A program made the position numbers and the translations under genes. This document shows positions 10,809-22,285 of a stretch of 64,000 nucleotides of DNA, piece after piece. The stretch comes from Burkholderiales bacterium (GTDB taxonomy: Bacteria > Pseudomonadota > Gammaproteobacteria > Burkholderiales > Casimicrobiaceae). The stretch spans positions 2,139-66,138 of the forward strand of contig JADLBN010000269.1 of NCBI GenBank assembly GCA_020847675.1. Reading direction: 5' to 3'. The notes under the pieces are model-generated. The model did no database searches. It saw only the letters and a list, made by a program, of their open reading frames with translations, and was not told the DNA's origin. Each line of letters starts with the position of its first letter. Position 1 is the stretch's first letter.

Positions 10809-12011
10809 AGCAATCCCGGAGCGGCGCGCGCGACGCTGCACCACGAAGCGCTGTGGCTGCGGTCCCCCGCAGCGATCCGCGAACGTTGCGCGAACCTGCT
10901 CGCGGCCGCGGACGCCGGACGCACGACACACTTCGCGGTTGACCGGACGAAGCTCGACGCCTGCGCGCAACTCGTCGCGGAAGTGACGCGCCGTCGCTAC
11001 CCTTCGCTCGCCATTCCCTACCACAGCCGCTGGCGCCACTTCGAAGCAGGCGGCGTCGATCGCGCTCGCGAACTCGACCGCGCACTCGCCGGACGCGGCA
11101 CGATCGACGCTGCCGCGGCTCGCATCGACCTCACGATCGTGAGCGTGCTGCTCGATGCCGGTGCAGGGGCGCGCTGGTCGTTCGCCGAGCAGGAGACCGG
11201 CGGACGCTACACGCGCTCCGAAGGGCTCGGCGTCGCGAGCTTCCGCGCGTTCGCGGCCGGGGCGTTCTCCGGCGCGACCGGCGATCCGGTGCGCGCGGAT
11301 GCGCACACGCTCGCCTCAGTCGATGCCGCGGCGCTCGCGCGCGTCTTCCAGGCGAGCGACGCGAATCCGCTCGTCGGACTGGACGGGCGCGCAACGCTCT
11401 TGCGACGGCTCGCCGGCGTCGACGAGCGGCCGTCGACGCCGTTCCACGCGCTGCTTCGAACGGGCGGCGACGTGCCGGCACCCGCGCTGCTCGGCGTGCT
11501 GCTCGACCGCTTCGGCGTGATCTGGCCGCACGGGCTCACGCTCGGCGGCGTTGCACTCGGCGACACCTGGCCGCACCCGCTCGCGGGCGGCGCAGGCCTG
11601 ACGGCCGGCCACGTCCCGTTCCACAAGCTGTCGCAGTGGCTCGCCTACTCGCTCTTCGAGCCGTTCGAGCAGGCCGGTTTGCGCGTCGTCGACAGGGACG
11701 CGCTGACCGGGTTGCCGGAGTACCGCAACGGCGGGCTCCTGCTGGACACGGGCGTACTGCGCCTGCGCGAACCCGCGGAGGCGTCGCGGCGGCACCCGGT
11801 CGGAAGCGAATTCGTGGTCGAATGGCGCGCGCTGACCGTCGCGCTGCTGGACGAACTCGCGCCCCGGGTTCGCGCGCGTCTTGGCCGCAGCGACCTGCCG
11901 CTCGCCTGCATCCTCGAGGGAGGCACCTGGGCGGCCGGCCGCGAAACCGCGGCGAGGCTGCGCGGAGGCGAGCCTCCGTTTATCATCGAAAGCGACGGAA
12001 CCGTGTTCTAG
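10683..12011 (+). CDS. URC4/Urg3 family protein (DUF1688)
   Basis: [61 protein letters not shown]-terminal SDGTVF; GTG start overlaps upstream TGA. Confidence 0.9.
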   Translation: MIPPKRADALPPEGADGDLGTAHRSPVIPPKRADALPPEGADSNPGAARATLHHEALWLRSPAAIRERCANLLAAADAGRTTHFAVDRTKLDACAQLVAEVTRRRYPSLAIPYHSRWRHFEAGGVDRARELDRALAGRGTIDAAAARIDLTIVSVLLDAGAGARWSFAEQETGGRYTRSEGLGVASFRAFAAGAFSGATGDPVRADAHTLASVDAAALARVFQASDANPLVGLDGRATLLRRLAGVDERPSTPFHALLRTGGDVPAPALLGVLLDRFGVIWPHGLTLGGVALGDTWPHPLAGGAGLTAGHVPFHKLSQWLAYSLFEPFEQAGLRVVDRDALTGLPEYRNGGLLLDTGVLRLREPAEASRRHPVGSEFVVEWRALTVALLDELAPRVRARLGRSDLPLACILEGGTWAAGRETAARLRGGEPPFIIESDGTVF

Positions 12012-12059
12012 GTGTCAGACACCGTGTCAGACACCGTGTCTGACACCGTGTCTGACACC
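12011..12059. repeat. Palindromic tandem repeat (GTGTCWGACACC)x4, order A,A,T,T
   Basis: Read directly; units at 12012, 12024, 12036, 12048. Confidence 0.97.
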
Positions 12060-12078
12060 GAAGTGTCGAGGGGAGACG

Positions 12079-12711
<633 letters not shown>

Positions 12712-12814
12712 GCCGGGAGTCGCGAAGCCGCCGGCGGATGCGACTGCCTCCCGCGAGCCGTCGCCCGACGAACGACAGATCGCGTCTTGACCTGACGCCG
12801 AGCGAGCCCCCGCG

Positions 12815-14119
12815 ATGGCCGACCTCCTGATTCGCGACGCGGTGCTTCCCGACGGACGCGCCGGCGTCGACATCCTGTGCGACGGCGGCCGCATTGCGGA
12901 GGTCGCGCCGCGAATTGGCGCGAGCGCGGCGCGCACGATCGACGCGCAAGGCATGCTGGTCTCGCCGCCGTTCGTCGACGCCCACTTCCACATGGATTCG
13001 ACGCTGACCTACGGGATGCCGCGGGTCAACGCGAGCGGCACGCTGCTCGAAGGCATCGCGTTGTGGGGGGAGCTGAAACCCACGCTCACGCAGGAGGCGA
13101 TCGTCGATCGCGCTCTCGTCTACTGCGACTGGGCGGTGGGCAAGGGCCTGCTCGCGATCCGCTCGCACGTCGACACCTCGGATCCGCGGCTCCTCGCGGT
13201 GGAGGCGCTGCTGCAGGTGCGCGAGCGCGTGAAGCCGTACCTCGACCTCCAGCTCGTCGCGTTCCCGCAGGACGGACTGCTGCGCTCGCCCGGCGCGCTC
13301 GCCAGCCTGAAGCGCGCGCTCGACCTGGGCGTCGACGTGGTCGGCGGCATTCCCCACTTCGAGCGCACGATGGCCGACGGCGCCGAGAGCGTGCGCATCC
13401 TCTGCGACCTCGCGGCGGATCGCGGGCTTCGCGTCGACCTGCACTGCGACGAGACCGACGACCCGATGTCGCGGCACATCGAGACGCTGTCGTACCACGC
13501 GCAGCGTCTCGGCCTGCAGGGACGGGTCGCCGGATCGCACCTGACCTCGATGCACTCGATGGACAGCTACTACGTGTCGAAGCTGATCCCGCTGATGCGC
13601 GAGGCGGGCGTCGCCGCGATCGCCAACCCGCTCATCAACATCACGCTGCAGGGACGGCACGACGGCTACCCGAAGCGCCGCGGCATGACGCGGGTCCCGG
13701 AACTGATCGCGGCCGGCGTGCCGGTGGCGTTCGGTCACGACTGCGTGATGGACCCGTGGTATCCGCTCGGCAGTGGCGATATGCTCGAAGTCGCCTCGAT
13801 GGGGCTCCACGTCGCGCAGATGACCGGACGCGACGCGATGCACCAGTGCTTCGCGGCGGTGACGTCGACGCCCGCGTCGATCCTGGGGCTGGAAGGCTAC
13901 GGGCTGGCGCAGGGCTGCAGGGCGGACTTCGTGCTGCTCGAGGCGCGCGACCCGGTCGAGGCGATCCGGCTCCGCGCGGCGCGTCTCGCGGTGGTGCGCG
14001 CCGGGCGCGTGATCGCGACCAGCGCGCCATCGCGCGCGGCGCTCGACCTGCCGGGCAGGCCGCCCGCAGTCGACTGGATGGCGTCGCGCAACGGACTTGC
14101 TCCCACGGCAGCGCCCTGA
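12815..14119 (+). CDS. codA: Cytosine deaminase-like amidohydrolase
   Basis: PPFVDAHFHMD, NASGTLLEGI, QLVAFPQDG, HCDETDD, GHDCVMDPWYPLG. Confidence 0.9.
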   Translation: MADLLIRDAVLPDGRAGVDILCDGGRIAEVAPRIGASAARTIDAQGMLVSPPFVDAHFHMDSTLTYGMPRVNASGTLLEGIALWGELKPTLTQEAIVDRALVYCDWAVGKGLLAIRSHVDTSDPRLLAVEALLQVRERVKPYLDLQLVAFPQDGLLRSPGALASLKRALDLGVDVVGGIPHFERTMADGAESVRILCDLAADRGLRVDLHCDETDDPMSRHIETLSYHAQRLGLQGRVAGSHLTSMHSMDSYYVSKLIPLMREAGVAAIANPLINITLQGRHDGYPKRRGMTRVPELIAAGVPVAFGHDCVMDPWYPLGSGDMLEVASMGLHVAQMTGRDAMHQCFAAVTSTPASILGLEGYGLAQGCRADFVLLEARDPVEAIRLRAARLAVVRAGRVIATSAPSRAALDLPGRPPAVDWMASRNGLAPTAAP

Positions 14120-14176
14120 CCCGCAACCGGCCGCGACGAAGCACCGATGACGAGGACGACTCGTGAGCCACGAGCG

Positions 14177-15145
14177 ATGACCCGCGCGACCGGCGTGTCC
14201 TTGACGGCACACTTCGGCCGGCGGCGCGTGTTGGGCGCCGTGGCGGCCGCCGGTGCGATGGCGCTGGGGATCGGCAGGACGTTCGCGCAGGCGCAGGATG
14301 GCGTCCTCCATTTCGTGGTGGGGTTCAATCCCGGCGGATCCGCGGATCGTGTCGCCCGGCTCCTGGTGCCCGAGGTCGCGGCGGCCGCCGGTCGCAGCGC
14401 CGTCGTCGACAACGTGCCCGGCGCCAACAGCGCCCGCGCGATCGCGCGAGTCGCCGCGGCGGAACCGGCAGGCGACACGTTCCTGTTCGCATCGTCGGCC
14501 ATCGCGCATCCGGACAACGTGCCGGCCATGTCGGCGCTGCGACCGGTCGTCGCGACCTCCAGCAACCCGATGGTGCTCATCGTGCCCGCTGCGCTGCCGG
14601 TTCGGGATCCGGAGTCGTTCGTCCGCCACCTTCGAGCGCTCCGCGAGATCAACTACGGCTCGGCGGGCGTGGGCAACGCCACGCACCTGTGCTCGGCCGA
14701 CCTGATGGCCCGGCTGGGCATCGAGGCGACACACGTGCCCTACCAGGGGTCCACGCGGGGCATTCCCGACCTGCTGGCGGGCCGGGTCGATTTCATGATC
14801 CTGGGCACGAACGGGACCCTCCCGCAGCAAACCGGCCTGCGAATGCTGGCGATCACCACGGCGAAGCGCTCGCGCCTGCCGGGATTCGACCACCTGCCGA
14901 CGATCTCGGAGACGATCGCGCCGGGATTCGATCACAGCCTGTGGCAGGCCGTGTGGGGGAGCGGACGGATGGCCGACGGAGCGGTCGGTGCGTTGAACGC
15001 GCAGTTCCAGCAGGTGCTCGCCCGGCCGCAGACCCATTCGCAACTCGCCGAGCTGGGCGCGGAAGCGATCTCCGGCCCGCCCGAGGTGGCCGCGAGACTG
15101 TTCGAGAGCGAGCGCGAGCGCTATCGCTTGCGCCTCTCGCGGTGA
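14177..15145 (+). CDS. Bug/TctC tripartite tricarboxylate transporter substrate-binding protein (start may be 14147)
   Basis: Tat-like GRRRVL signal, VVGFNPGGSAD, DNVPGA, NYGSAGVG, HVPYQG, PTISE. Confidence 0.85.
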   Translation: MTRATGVSLTAHFGRRRVLGAVAAAGAMALGIGRTFAQAQDGVLHFVVGFNPGGSADRVARLLVPEVAAAAGRSAVVDNVPGANSARAIARVAAAEPAGDTFLFASSAIAHPDNVPAMSALRPVVATSSNPMVLIVPAALPVRDPESFVRHLRALREINYGSAGVGNATHLCSADLMARLGIEATHVPYQGSTRGIPDLLAGRVDFMILGTNGTLPQQTGLRMLAITTAKRSRLPGFDHLPTISETIAPGFDHSLWQAVWGSGRMADGAVGALNAQFQQVLARPQTHSQLAELGAEAISGPPEVAARLFESERERYRLRLSR

Positions 15146-16662
15146 CGCGTCGCGCGAACGCGAGCCAGCGCCTGCCGCTCCGCAACGAATCCTTCGATCG
15201 CATGCGACCCGCCGGAGCGACGTTCCACGACCGCCTTCTCGTCCACGCGCGAGATCGCGCCGACGTGCCTGCGTTCGTCGGGCGCGACGGGGTGTTGCGA
15301 TACGGCGAGCTTCCCGGCGTGGTGCGCTCGCTCGCTGCGGTGTTGCGAACGGCCGGCCTCGGGCCCGGCTCGACCGTCGCGCTCACGGCGCGTTCCGAGC
15401 GCGACCACGTGCTGGCCGCGCTCGCGCTGCTCGACCTCGGAGTCGCCCAGGCAACACTCGCGTCCCGGGATCCGCCGGCGCTTCGTGAACGGCTCGCGCG
15501 ACGTACCGGAGCGACGGTCGTGCTGGGCGATCTGCCTTCGGACGCGATCCCGGGACTGCCGTGGATCGGCCTGGCGAAGGTGTTGGCGCAGTCGCGCTCC
15601 GCGCGGTCCGGCACTGCGCCCGAGGCACGGCCGAATCCCGGTGCGTCAAGGCTGTACTTCACCGGTTCGGGCACCACCGGCGAGCCGAAAGTCGTCGCCT
15701 ACGCGGAGTCCGACCTCGCCCGCCACGCCGCCTCCTATCCCCCGCTCGCCGCGCATCGGGTGCTGCGTCCCGCGCACGTCGAGTACAACAACTCGAAGCG
15801 CACGCGGCTCTACGTGCTCTGGCAGGGAGGGACGAACGTGTTCGGCGACGGCGTGGCCGGGTCGTTGCGCGACCAGTGCGCCCGGCACGACGTCACCTGG
15901 CTCGAGGTGTCCCCGCTCCACGCCGCCGATCTCGTGGCCTCCTGTCGGTCGGAGGGACCGCTGTCGGATCGGGTGTCGGTCAAGGTCGGCGGCGCGCGCG
16001 TGCCGATCGCGCTGCGGCGCGAACTGGCGCGGATCGCCACGCAGCGCCTGCTCGTCTCCTACGGGACCACCGAGACCGCCTACGTCGCCCACGCCGAGCC
16101 TTCGATGCACGACGAGCGCGAGAGCGTTGGGCTTCCGGGCGCGCACGCCGAGGTCGAGGTCGTGCGTGCCGACGGCGCCGCCGCGAGTCCCGGCGAGATC
16201 GGCGAGATCCGCCTGCGTACGCCCGGCATGGCGACGGCCTACGTCGGCGACGCCGCGGCGAGCGTGCGACATTTCCGTGACGGATGGTTCATGCCCGGCG
16301 ACCTCGCGTCGTTGACGACGGAAGGCTGGCTGTGCCTGCACGGGCGCATCGACGACATGATGATCATGGACGGCATCAACATCTTTCCGGCCGAGATCGA
16401 ACGGGTGCTCGAAGCGCATCCTTCCGTTGCGGTGGCCGTTGCGTATCCCGTCGCATCGCCGTCGCACGGGCAGATCCCCGTCGCGGCGGTCGAGCCGCGC
16501 GACGGGCAGGACGTCGATGCCGAGGCGGTGCTCGCGTTCGCCCGGGCGAGGCTGGGATTGAGGGCGCCACGCAGGATCGACGTGGTCGCCGCCCTGCCGC
16601 GCAATCCGCAGGGCAAGGTGGTCCGCAGCGCGGCAGCGCGCGGATTCGGGGACCCGGCCTGA
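15142..16662 (+). CDS. Class I adenylate-forming enzyme (AMP-binding); alternative start 15202
   Basis: FTGSGTTGEPK, YGTTE, WFMPGDLA, GRIDDMM..DG.NIFPAEIE, LPRNPQGKV. Confidence 0.88.
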   Translation: MTRRANASQRLPLRNESFDRMRPAGATFHDRLLVHARDRADVPAFVGRDGVLRYGELPGVVRSLAAVLRTAGLGPGSTVALTARSERDHVLAALALLDLGVAQATLASRDPPALRERLARRTGATVVLGDLPSDAIPGLPWIGLAKVLAQSRSARSGTAPEARPNPGASRLYFTGSGTTGEPKVVAYAESDLARHAASYPPLAAHRVLRPAHVEYNNSKRTRLYVLWQGGTNVFGDGVAGSLRDQCARHDVTWLEVSPLHAADLVASCRSEGPLSDRVSVKVGGARVPIALRRELARIATQRLLVSYGTTETAYVAHAEPSMHDERESVGLPGAHAEVEVVRADGAAASPGEIGEIRLRTPGMATAYVGDAAASVRHFRDGWFMPGDLASLTTEGWLCLHGRIDDMMIMDGINIFPAEIERVLEAHPSVAVAVAYPVASPSHGQIPVAAVEPRDGQDVDAEAVLAFARARLGLRAPRRIDVVAALPRNPQGKVVRSAAARGFGDPA

Positions 16663-16665
16663 ACC

Positions 16666-16932
16666 ATGGACGCGCGCACGATCCGGCAGGCGATCGTCGA
16701 CGGGCTCGAGGCGGGCGGCGTCGGCCGGATCAACGAGAAGCGCATCCGCGATGCGTTCCTGGCCGGCGATGTCGATCTCACGCTGGCCGAGCTCGACATG
16801 GACAGCCTGGCGAGAATGGAGCTGTGCATCGCCATCGAGCTCTCCACCGGCATCTCGCTGGTGCCCGAGGAACTCGGCCGCTACCGGACGCTGGGCGAAC
16901 TCGCGCGCGAAATCGAAGGACGCTGCCGGTGA
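16666..16932 (+). CDS. Acyl/peptidyl carrier protein
   Basis: 88 aa, acidic, phosphopantetheine motif LDMDSLARMEL. Confidence 0.8.
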   Translation: MDARTIRQAIVDGLEAGGVGRINEKRIRDAFLAGDVDLTLAELDMDSLARMELCIAIELSTGISLVPEELGRYRTLGELAREIEGRCR

Positions 16933-17852
16933 TCGACCGCGAATGGGTCGGGCAGGTCCTCGATGCGCTTGCCCGTTGCGCGACACAGAACCAGGCCAAT
17001 CGCCTGTACATCCAGATCGAGGTCCACGCGAGCCCCGAGGAGACAGCCGCGATCGTCGACGGCGTGAGGGCGCGCCGCATGACGCTCGATCCCCTCCACC
17101 AGCGCTGGCACGCGGTCATGGAGCACGCGCTGCGCGGTGACGGGCGGACGGTGCAACCGTACGCGCGCAGGCCGCTTTGTCCCGGCGCGTCGATGTACGC
17201 GGCACCCGCCGGCGAAGACGCCATCGCCCGTCGCACGCTGGTGATTGCGTTCACCGGCAACGCGGAACGCCTCATGATGCCGCTGGCGATGTTCCTGCAG
17301 CACTGTCCGGCGGACGCCTACGACTTCCTGGTGTTGTTCGACCCGACCCGCCGCTTCTACCTCGGCGGCGTCGAGGGGTTCGGGAGCGACCTTCCGGCGT
17401 CGATCGCCGGGATCCGCGAGCGGGTCGGCCCGGAGCGCTACCGTCGCGCGGTGGCGTTCGGAACCAGCGGCGGGGGGCTGGCCGCCGTCTGGACCGCGGT
17501 CGAACTCGGGCTGCCGCGCGCCGTCTCGGTCGGAGGTGCGATGCAGAGCACGATCGCGGCTTCCGAGCGCGGACAGGCCCTCGACCTTTCCGGCTTCGGC
17601 GACGCGCTGGCGCGGCACGCGCATCACCTGCCGGAAGTGTTCTACCTCGCTGGCGATGGGGCGGAACGGGATCTGCGGAAGGGACGGGAACTTCAGGCCG
17701 TCCTGCCGACGACGCTGCTCCTCGTCCCGGGCTGCACCCACCACAACACGCTGTTCCAGGTTCGGGAACTCGGGGGGCTCGACCGGTTGCTGGAGGTGCT
17801 GCTCGGTGAAGGGCGCGTCGGCGCGCTCGGTTCGACGGTCCGGGTGGGCTGA
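16929..17852 (+). CDS. Hypothetical alpha/beta-hydrolase-fold protein
   Basis: GTGA overlap with carrier-protein gene; nucleophile elbow FGTSGGG; late Asp/His (ERD, HHN). Confidence 0.6.
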   Translation: MIDREWVGQVLDALARCATQNQANRLYIQIEVHASPEETAAIVDGVRARRMTLDPLHQRWHAVMEHALRGDGRTVQPYARRPLCPGASMYAAPAGEDAIARRTLVIAFTGNAERLMMPLAMFLQHCPADAYDFLVLFDPTRRFYLGGVEGFGSDLPASIAGIRERVGPERYRRAVAFGTSGGGLAAVWTAVELGLPRAVSVGGAMQSTIAASERGQALDLSGFGDALARHAHHLPEVFYLAGDGAERDLRKGRELQAVLPTTLLLVPGCTHHNTLFQVRELGGLDRLLEVLLGEGRVGALGSTVRVG

Positions 17853-17913
17853 TGCCCGCCGCGCAGGCACCTGCGACTTTCTCCCGCGAAGCCGCGCGCG
17901 CTATGCTTGCGCC

Positions 17914-18846
17914 ATGAAGTTCCGCGACTACTACGAGACGCTCGGTGTTGCGCGCACCGCGACGCTCGACGACATCAAGCGCGCGTACCGCAAGCTCGCG
18001 CGCCAGTACCACCCCGACGTCAGCAGCGAGAAGGAAGCCGAGGCGAAGTTCAAGGAGGTCGGCGAGGCCTACGCGGTGCTGAAGGACCCGGAGAAGCGCG
18101 CGGCCTACGACCGCTTCGGCGCGAACTGGAAGAGCGGCCAGGAGTTCACGCCGCCCCCCGACTGGGATGCCGGCTACGAGTTCCGCGGCGGGGAGCCGCG
18201 CCCCGACACCGGCGCCGACTACAGCGACTTCTTCGAGTCGCTGTTCGGGCGCATGGGCGCGGACGCCGGCCGGAGGCGCAGCGCGACGCCGGGCCGGGGC
18301 GAGGATCACCACGCCAGGGTGATCGTCGAACTCGAGGATGCCTACGCCGGCGCGCGCCGGTCGCTCACGCTGCGCGTTCCGGAGTTCGACGCCGACGGGC
18401 GACTGGCGGTGAGGGAGCGCACGCTGGAAGTGACGAGTCCGAAGGGGATCCGCGCCGGACAGAACCTGCGCCTCGCCGGCCAGGGCGGACCGGGCTTTCG
18501 CGGCGGTCCGGCCGGCGACCTGTTCCTCGAGATCGCGTTCGCGCCGCACGCGCGTTTCCGCGTCGACGGACTCGACGTCTCGGCCGACGTTCCGCTCGCG
18601 CCCTGGGAGGCCGAACTCGGCGGCAGGGTGCGAGTGCGCACGCCCGACGGCGAGGTCGACGTCGCCGTGCCGCCGCACTCCGGCGCCGGCCGCAAACTCC
18701 GGTTGCGCGGACGCGGCATCCCCGGCGAGCCGCCCGGCGACTTCTACGCCGTCGTCTCGATCGTGCTGCCGCGCGCCGACACCGAGGCGAAGCAGGACGC
18801 GTACCGCGCGCTGGCGAAGGCATTCGGCGCCGACGTGCGCCGTTGA
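17914..18846 (+). CDS. cbpA: Curved DNA-binding DnaJ-class co-chaperone
   Basis: [13 protein letters not shown]-domain, [16 protein letters not shown]; no Zn fingers. Confidence 0.93.
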   Translation: MKFRDYYETLGVARTATLDDIKRAYRKLARQYHPDVSSEKEAEAKFKEVGEAYAVLKDPEKRAAYDRFGANWKSGQEFTPPPDWDAGYEFRGGEPRPDTGADYSDFFESLFGRMGADAGRRRSATPGRGEDHHARVIVELEDAYAGARRSLTLRVPEFDADGRLAVRERTLEVTSPKGIRAGQNLRLAGQGGPGFRGGPAGDLFLEIAFAPHARFRVDGLDVSADVPLAPWEAELGGRVRVRTPDGEVDVAVPPHSGAGRKLRLRGRGIPGEPPGDFYAVVSIVLPRADTEAKQDAYRALAKAFGADVRR

Positions 18847-18860
18847 GCGAGGGCGAACCG

Positions 18861-19163
18861 ATGAGCGACCCGGAACGTGACGAAGCCGCGGCTGCGATCG
18901 TCGAGATCGACTACCGGCTGACGCTGGTCGAACTCTGCCGCGCGAGCGCCGCGCGCGAGGACGAGGTGCGCGCGTGGATCGAAGAAGGCGTGCTCGTTCC
19001 CGACGGGACGGTCGCCGGCGAATGGCGCTTCGCGGCGGCCACGTTGACTCGCGCGCGGGCGGCGGCGAGGCTGGCGCGCGCCTTCGAGATCGACGCGCCC
19101 GCGCTCGCGCTGGTGCTCGGGCTGATGGACGAGATCGAGCGGCTGAAGGCGAGGCTCGGATGA
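18861..19163 (+). CDS. cbpM: Chaperone modulator CbpM
   Basis: LTLVELC, WIEEGVL.P, W.F, RLAR.FEI, LMDEIERLK; follows cbpA. Confidence 0.88.
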   Translation: MSDPERDEAAAAIVEIDYRLTLVELCRASAAREDEVRAWIEEGVLVPDGTVAGEWRFAAATLTRARAAARLARAFEIDAPALALVLGLMDEIERLKARLG

Positions 19164-21496
19164 GCGCCTCGTCCCCGGCGCGGTTCGGAAGCGGCCGAGC
19201 GGTGCGGCGCGTCGAGGACGACGCGCTGCTCACCGGACGCGGCGTGTTCGCCGACGACGTGCCCTTGCCGGGGCAGCTCGTGCTGCACCTGTTGCGCTCG
19301 CCCCATCCGCACGCGCGCATCGTGTCGATCGGCACCGCGGCCGCGGCGGCGATGCCGGGTGTCGTCGCGGTGCTGACCGGCGACGACCTGTTGCGCGCCG
19401 GAGTGAAGCCGCTCGCGCAGTCGGCCGACTTCAGGCGCGCCGACGGCTCGCGAACCGCCGCGCCGCCGCAGCACGCGCTTGCCGTCGGAGTCGTGCGCCA
19501 CGTCGGCGAGTGCGTCGCGGCCGTCGTCGCCGGCACCGCTCACCAGGCGCGCGATGCGGCCGAGGCGATCGACGTGCGCTACGAGACGCTGCCGTCGGTT
19601 TCTGAAGTCGACGCGGCGCTTGCCCCCGGCGCGCCGCGCGTCTGGGAAGCGGCGACCGGCAACGTCGCCTGCGAAGCCCGGCACGGCGATGCGCCGAAGA
19701 CCGCGGAGGCGTTCGCCGCTGCCGCGCACGTCGTCTCGCTCGACCTCGTCAACCAGCGAGTGATCCCGGCCTCGATCGAGCCGCGCACCACGCTCGCTTC
19801 GGTCGATGCTTCCGGCCGGCTCACGATCCGCACGAGCTGCCAGACGCCGACCGGCTGGCGCGACGAACTCGCCAACGCGCTGGGTCTCGGCAAGGAGGCG
19901 ATCCGCGTCCTGGTGGGTGACGTGGGCGGCGGTTTCGGCATGAAAACGACGCTCTACGCCGAGGACGTGCTGGTCGCGCACTGCGCGCGCACGCTCGGCC
20001 GCCCGATCGGGTGGTGCGCCGAGCGTCTCGACGAGTTCCTGTCGGCGTCGCACGGGCGCGACGTGAACACGACGATCGGCCTCGCGCTGGACCCGGACGG
20101 CCGCATCCTCGCGCTGCGCGTCGATTCGCGAGCGAACCTCGGCGCCTACGCGACGCCCGCGGGCGTGGTCATCCAGCTCCTGATCGGCCCCTGGGTCACG
20201 ACGTCGATCTACGACATCGGCACGATCGACGTCCGCATCAAGGGGGTACTGACGAACACCGCGCCGACCGGGCCCTACCGCGGTGCCGGGCGCCCGGAAG
20301 CGATCTACTTCCTCGAGCGCCTGATGGACGCCGCTGCGCGGCGGACAGGCATCGATCCGGTCGAACTGCGCCGCCGGAACATGCTGAAGCCGGAGCAGAT
20401 GCCGTGGCGCAACCCGATGGAGAAGACCTACGATTCGGGACAGTTCGCCAAGGTGATGGACGGCGCGATCGCGCTCTCCGGCTGGCACGGCTTCGACGCG
20501 CGGGCCACGGCGTCGCGGGCGCGCCGGCGCCTGCGCGGGCGCGGCATGGCGACGTTCCTCGAGTGGACCGGCGCCGATGTGTTCACCGAGCGCGTGACCG
20601 TGACGGTGGGCGAGGGCGCCGACGGCGAGGGCGAGATCGAGATGTTCTCCGCCACGCAGGGCATGGGCCAGGGCTTGCTCACGACCTACGCGCAGCTCGC
20701 GGTCGACGTGTTCGGCGTGCCGATCGAACGCATCCGCATCGTGCAGGGCGACACCGACCGCGGCACCGGCTTCGGCAGCGCGGGTTCGCGGTCGCTCTTC
20801 GTCGGCGGATCGGCGGTCCACGTGGCGGCGGCCGAGACCGTCGACGAGGCGAAGCGGCTCGCCGCGTCCGCGCTGGAGGCAGCACCCGGCGACATCGAGT
20901 ACGCGCACGGAGAACTCACGATCGCGGGCACCGACCGCCGCATCGGCCTGTTCGAACTGGCGAAGCGGCAACCGGAACGGCGCATCGTCGTCGACAGCCG
21001 GAGCTCGGTCGACGACGCGACCTGGCCCAACGGCTGCCACGTCTGCGAAGTCGAGGTCGATCCCGACACCGGCACGGTCGAGGTCGACCGCTACTGGTCG
21101 GTCAACGACGTGGGGCGCGTCGTCAACCCGATGATCGTGATGGGCCAGCTCGAGGGCGGCGCGATGCAGGGCATCGGCCAGGCGCTGTGCGAGGCGTTCG
21201 TGCACGACGCGGCGAGCGGGCAGCCGCTCACCGCGACCTTCATGGACTACGCGCTGCCGCGAGCCACGCTGGTCCGCCATTTCGCGATGGCGATGGACGA
21301 GTCGACGCCCTGCCGCAACAACCTGCTCGGCGTGAAGGGCGTGGGCGAACTCGGCACCATCGGCGCGACGCCGGCCGCGGTCAACGCGGTGATCGACGCG
21401 CTCGTGCGGGCCGGCGCCGGCGACCGCGTCGACGCGCTGCAGATGCCTCTCACCGCCGAGCGCGTGTGGCGGGCGCTGGCGGACGTTTCGCGATAG
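19160..21496 (+). CDS. Xanthine dehydrogenase family molybdopterin-binding large subunit (form II CoxL-like)
   Basis: RRVEDDALLTG, RSPHPHARI, VGGGFGMK, PYRGAGRPEA, GQLEGG..QGIGQAL, KGVGE. Confidence 0.92.
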   Translation: MSASSPARFGSGRAVRRVEDDALLTGRGVFADDVPLPGQLVLHLLRSPHPHARIVSIGTAAAAAMPGVVAVLTGDDLLRAGVKPLAQSADFRRADGSRTAAPPQHALAVGVVRHVGECVAAVVAGTAHQARDAAEAIDVRYETLPSVSEVDAALAPGAPRVWEAATGNVACEARHGDAPKTAEAFAAAAHVVSLDLVNQRVIPASIEPRTTLASVDASGRLTIRTSCQTPTGWRDELANALGLGKEAIRVLVGDVGGGFGMKTTLYAEDVLVAHCARTLGRPIGWCAERLDEFLSASHGRDVNTTIGLALDPDGRILALRVDSRANLGAYATPAGVVIQLLIGPWVTTSIYDIGTIDVRIKGVLTNTAPTGPYRGAGRPEAIYFLERLMDAAARRTGIDPVELRRRNMLKPEQMPWRNPMEKTYDSGQFAKVMDGAIALSGWHGFDARATASRARRRLRGRGMATFLEWTGADVFTERVTVTVGEGADGEGEIEMFSATQGMGQGLLTTYAQLAVDVFGVPIERIRIVQGDTDRGTGFGSAGSRSLFVGGSAVHVAAAETVDEAKRLAASALEAAPGDIEYAHGELTIAGTDRRIGLFELAKRQPERRIVVDSRSSVDDATWPNGCHVCEVEVDPDTGTVEVDRYWSVNDVGRVVNPMIVMGQLEGGAMQGIGQALCEAFVHDAASGQPLTATFMDYALPRATLVRHFAMAMDESTPCRNNLLGVKGVGELGTIGATPAAVNAVIDALVRAGAGDRVDALQMPLTAERVWRALADVSR

Positions 21497-21535
21497 GCTC
21501 CGAAAGCTGGCGCACCGCTACTTCTGCGCCCTCCT

Positions 21536-22285
21536 TTACGTTGCCTGCTTTGCGACTGTGCGCCTTGTGCCGGAACGCGATGCGTTGTGATCCTGCATGC
21601 GCTTGCCAGTATCGGCTTCGCGGAACCAGCGCGCCGCAACTTCGAAGTCATCCGTCCAGAATTCGTTCGGCGTTTTTGCCACGGGCTGCATGGTCGCCAC
21701 ATCGCCCGCAGTCTTTCCCTGAAGAAGCCAACGCCCGAGCGTGTACATGTACGAGTCCCACTTGCCCGACGAAGGTTGCATCGAAACGGCCAAGATATCG
21801 AATTCGCCATATCGGTAAGGCCGCGTTTTTTTCTCATCTCCATCGGAGCCGGTCCGTGTCTTCTGTGTCTCGGTCATGAAGACCTCGCCATCGAATCCGT
21901 ATCGCTTGCCGTCTTTCACCACAGGCAAACGGCGCTCGCTGCGTTGCAACTTCACCTGAATCAAGATCGAACCATCCCCGTCATCGACGCTGTAGTCGTA
22001 CGCGAAGTTTCCCTCCGGTGTAACGTCGCGCCAGCCTCGCGCTGCCAGCGCCGCAACAACGAACGTTCGGAACGCCGCATCTGCAATTACGCCCCGCAGC
22101 ATTCGGCGCGTCAGCTCCGGCGCCCGGTACACCGCTTCAAGAATCATCTCGGCCGACGCACCTACCACGGCCTCATACGGATGGATCGGATGCGTCGCGC
22201 GCAACTCCTTGAAAATCGCCGCCCGTTCTTCGGACGCGCATTGGGCAAGCAGTTGTCGAACGGCCTTGACCGTTTCCTCACTCAT
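21536..22285 (-). CDS. Putative PD-(D/E)xK restriction endonuclease, 249 aa
   Basis: AYDY...IQVK catalytic-like motif, FDILAV; lower GC; divergent from methylase. Confidence 0.65.
   Translation of the reverse strand: MSEETVKAVRQLLAQCASEERAAIFKELRATHPIHPYEAVVGASAEMILEAVYRAPELTRRMLRGVIADAAFRTFVVAALAARGWRDVTPEGNFAYDYSVDDGDGSILIQVKLQRSERRLPVVKDGKRYGFDGEVFMTETQKTRTGSDGDEKKTRPYRYGEFDILAVSMQPSSGKWDSYMYTLGRWLLQGKTAGDVATMQPVAKTPNEFWTDDFEVAARWFREADTGKRMQDHNASRSGTRRTVAKQAT

Noticed and set aside
12011-12059. 12-bp arrays as CRISPR arrays or terminators
   Set aside because: No spacers and no U-tracts; they sit inside apparent operons
19160-21496. True aerobic CO dehydrogenase
   Set aside because: Has YRGAGR rather than the form I AYxCSFR motif; no cox accessory genes
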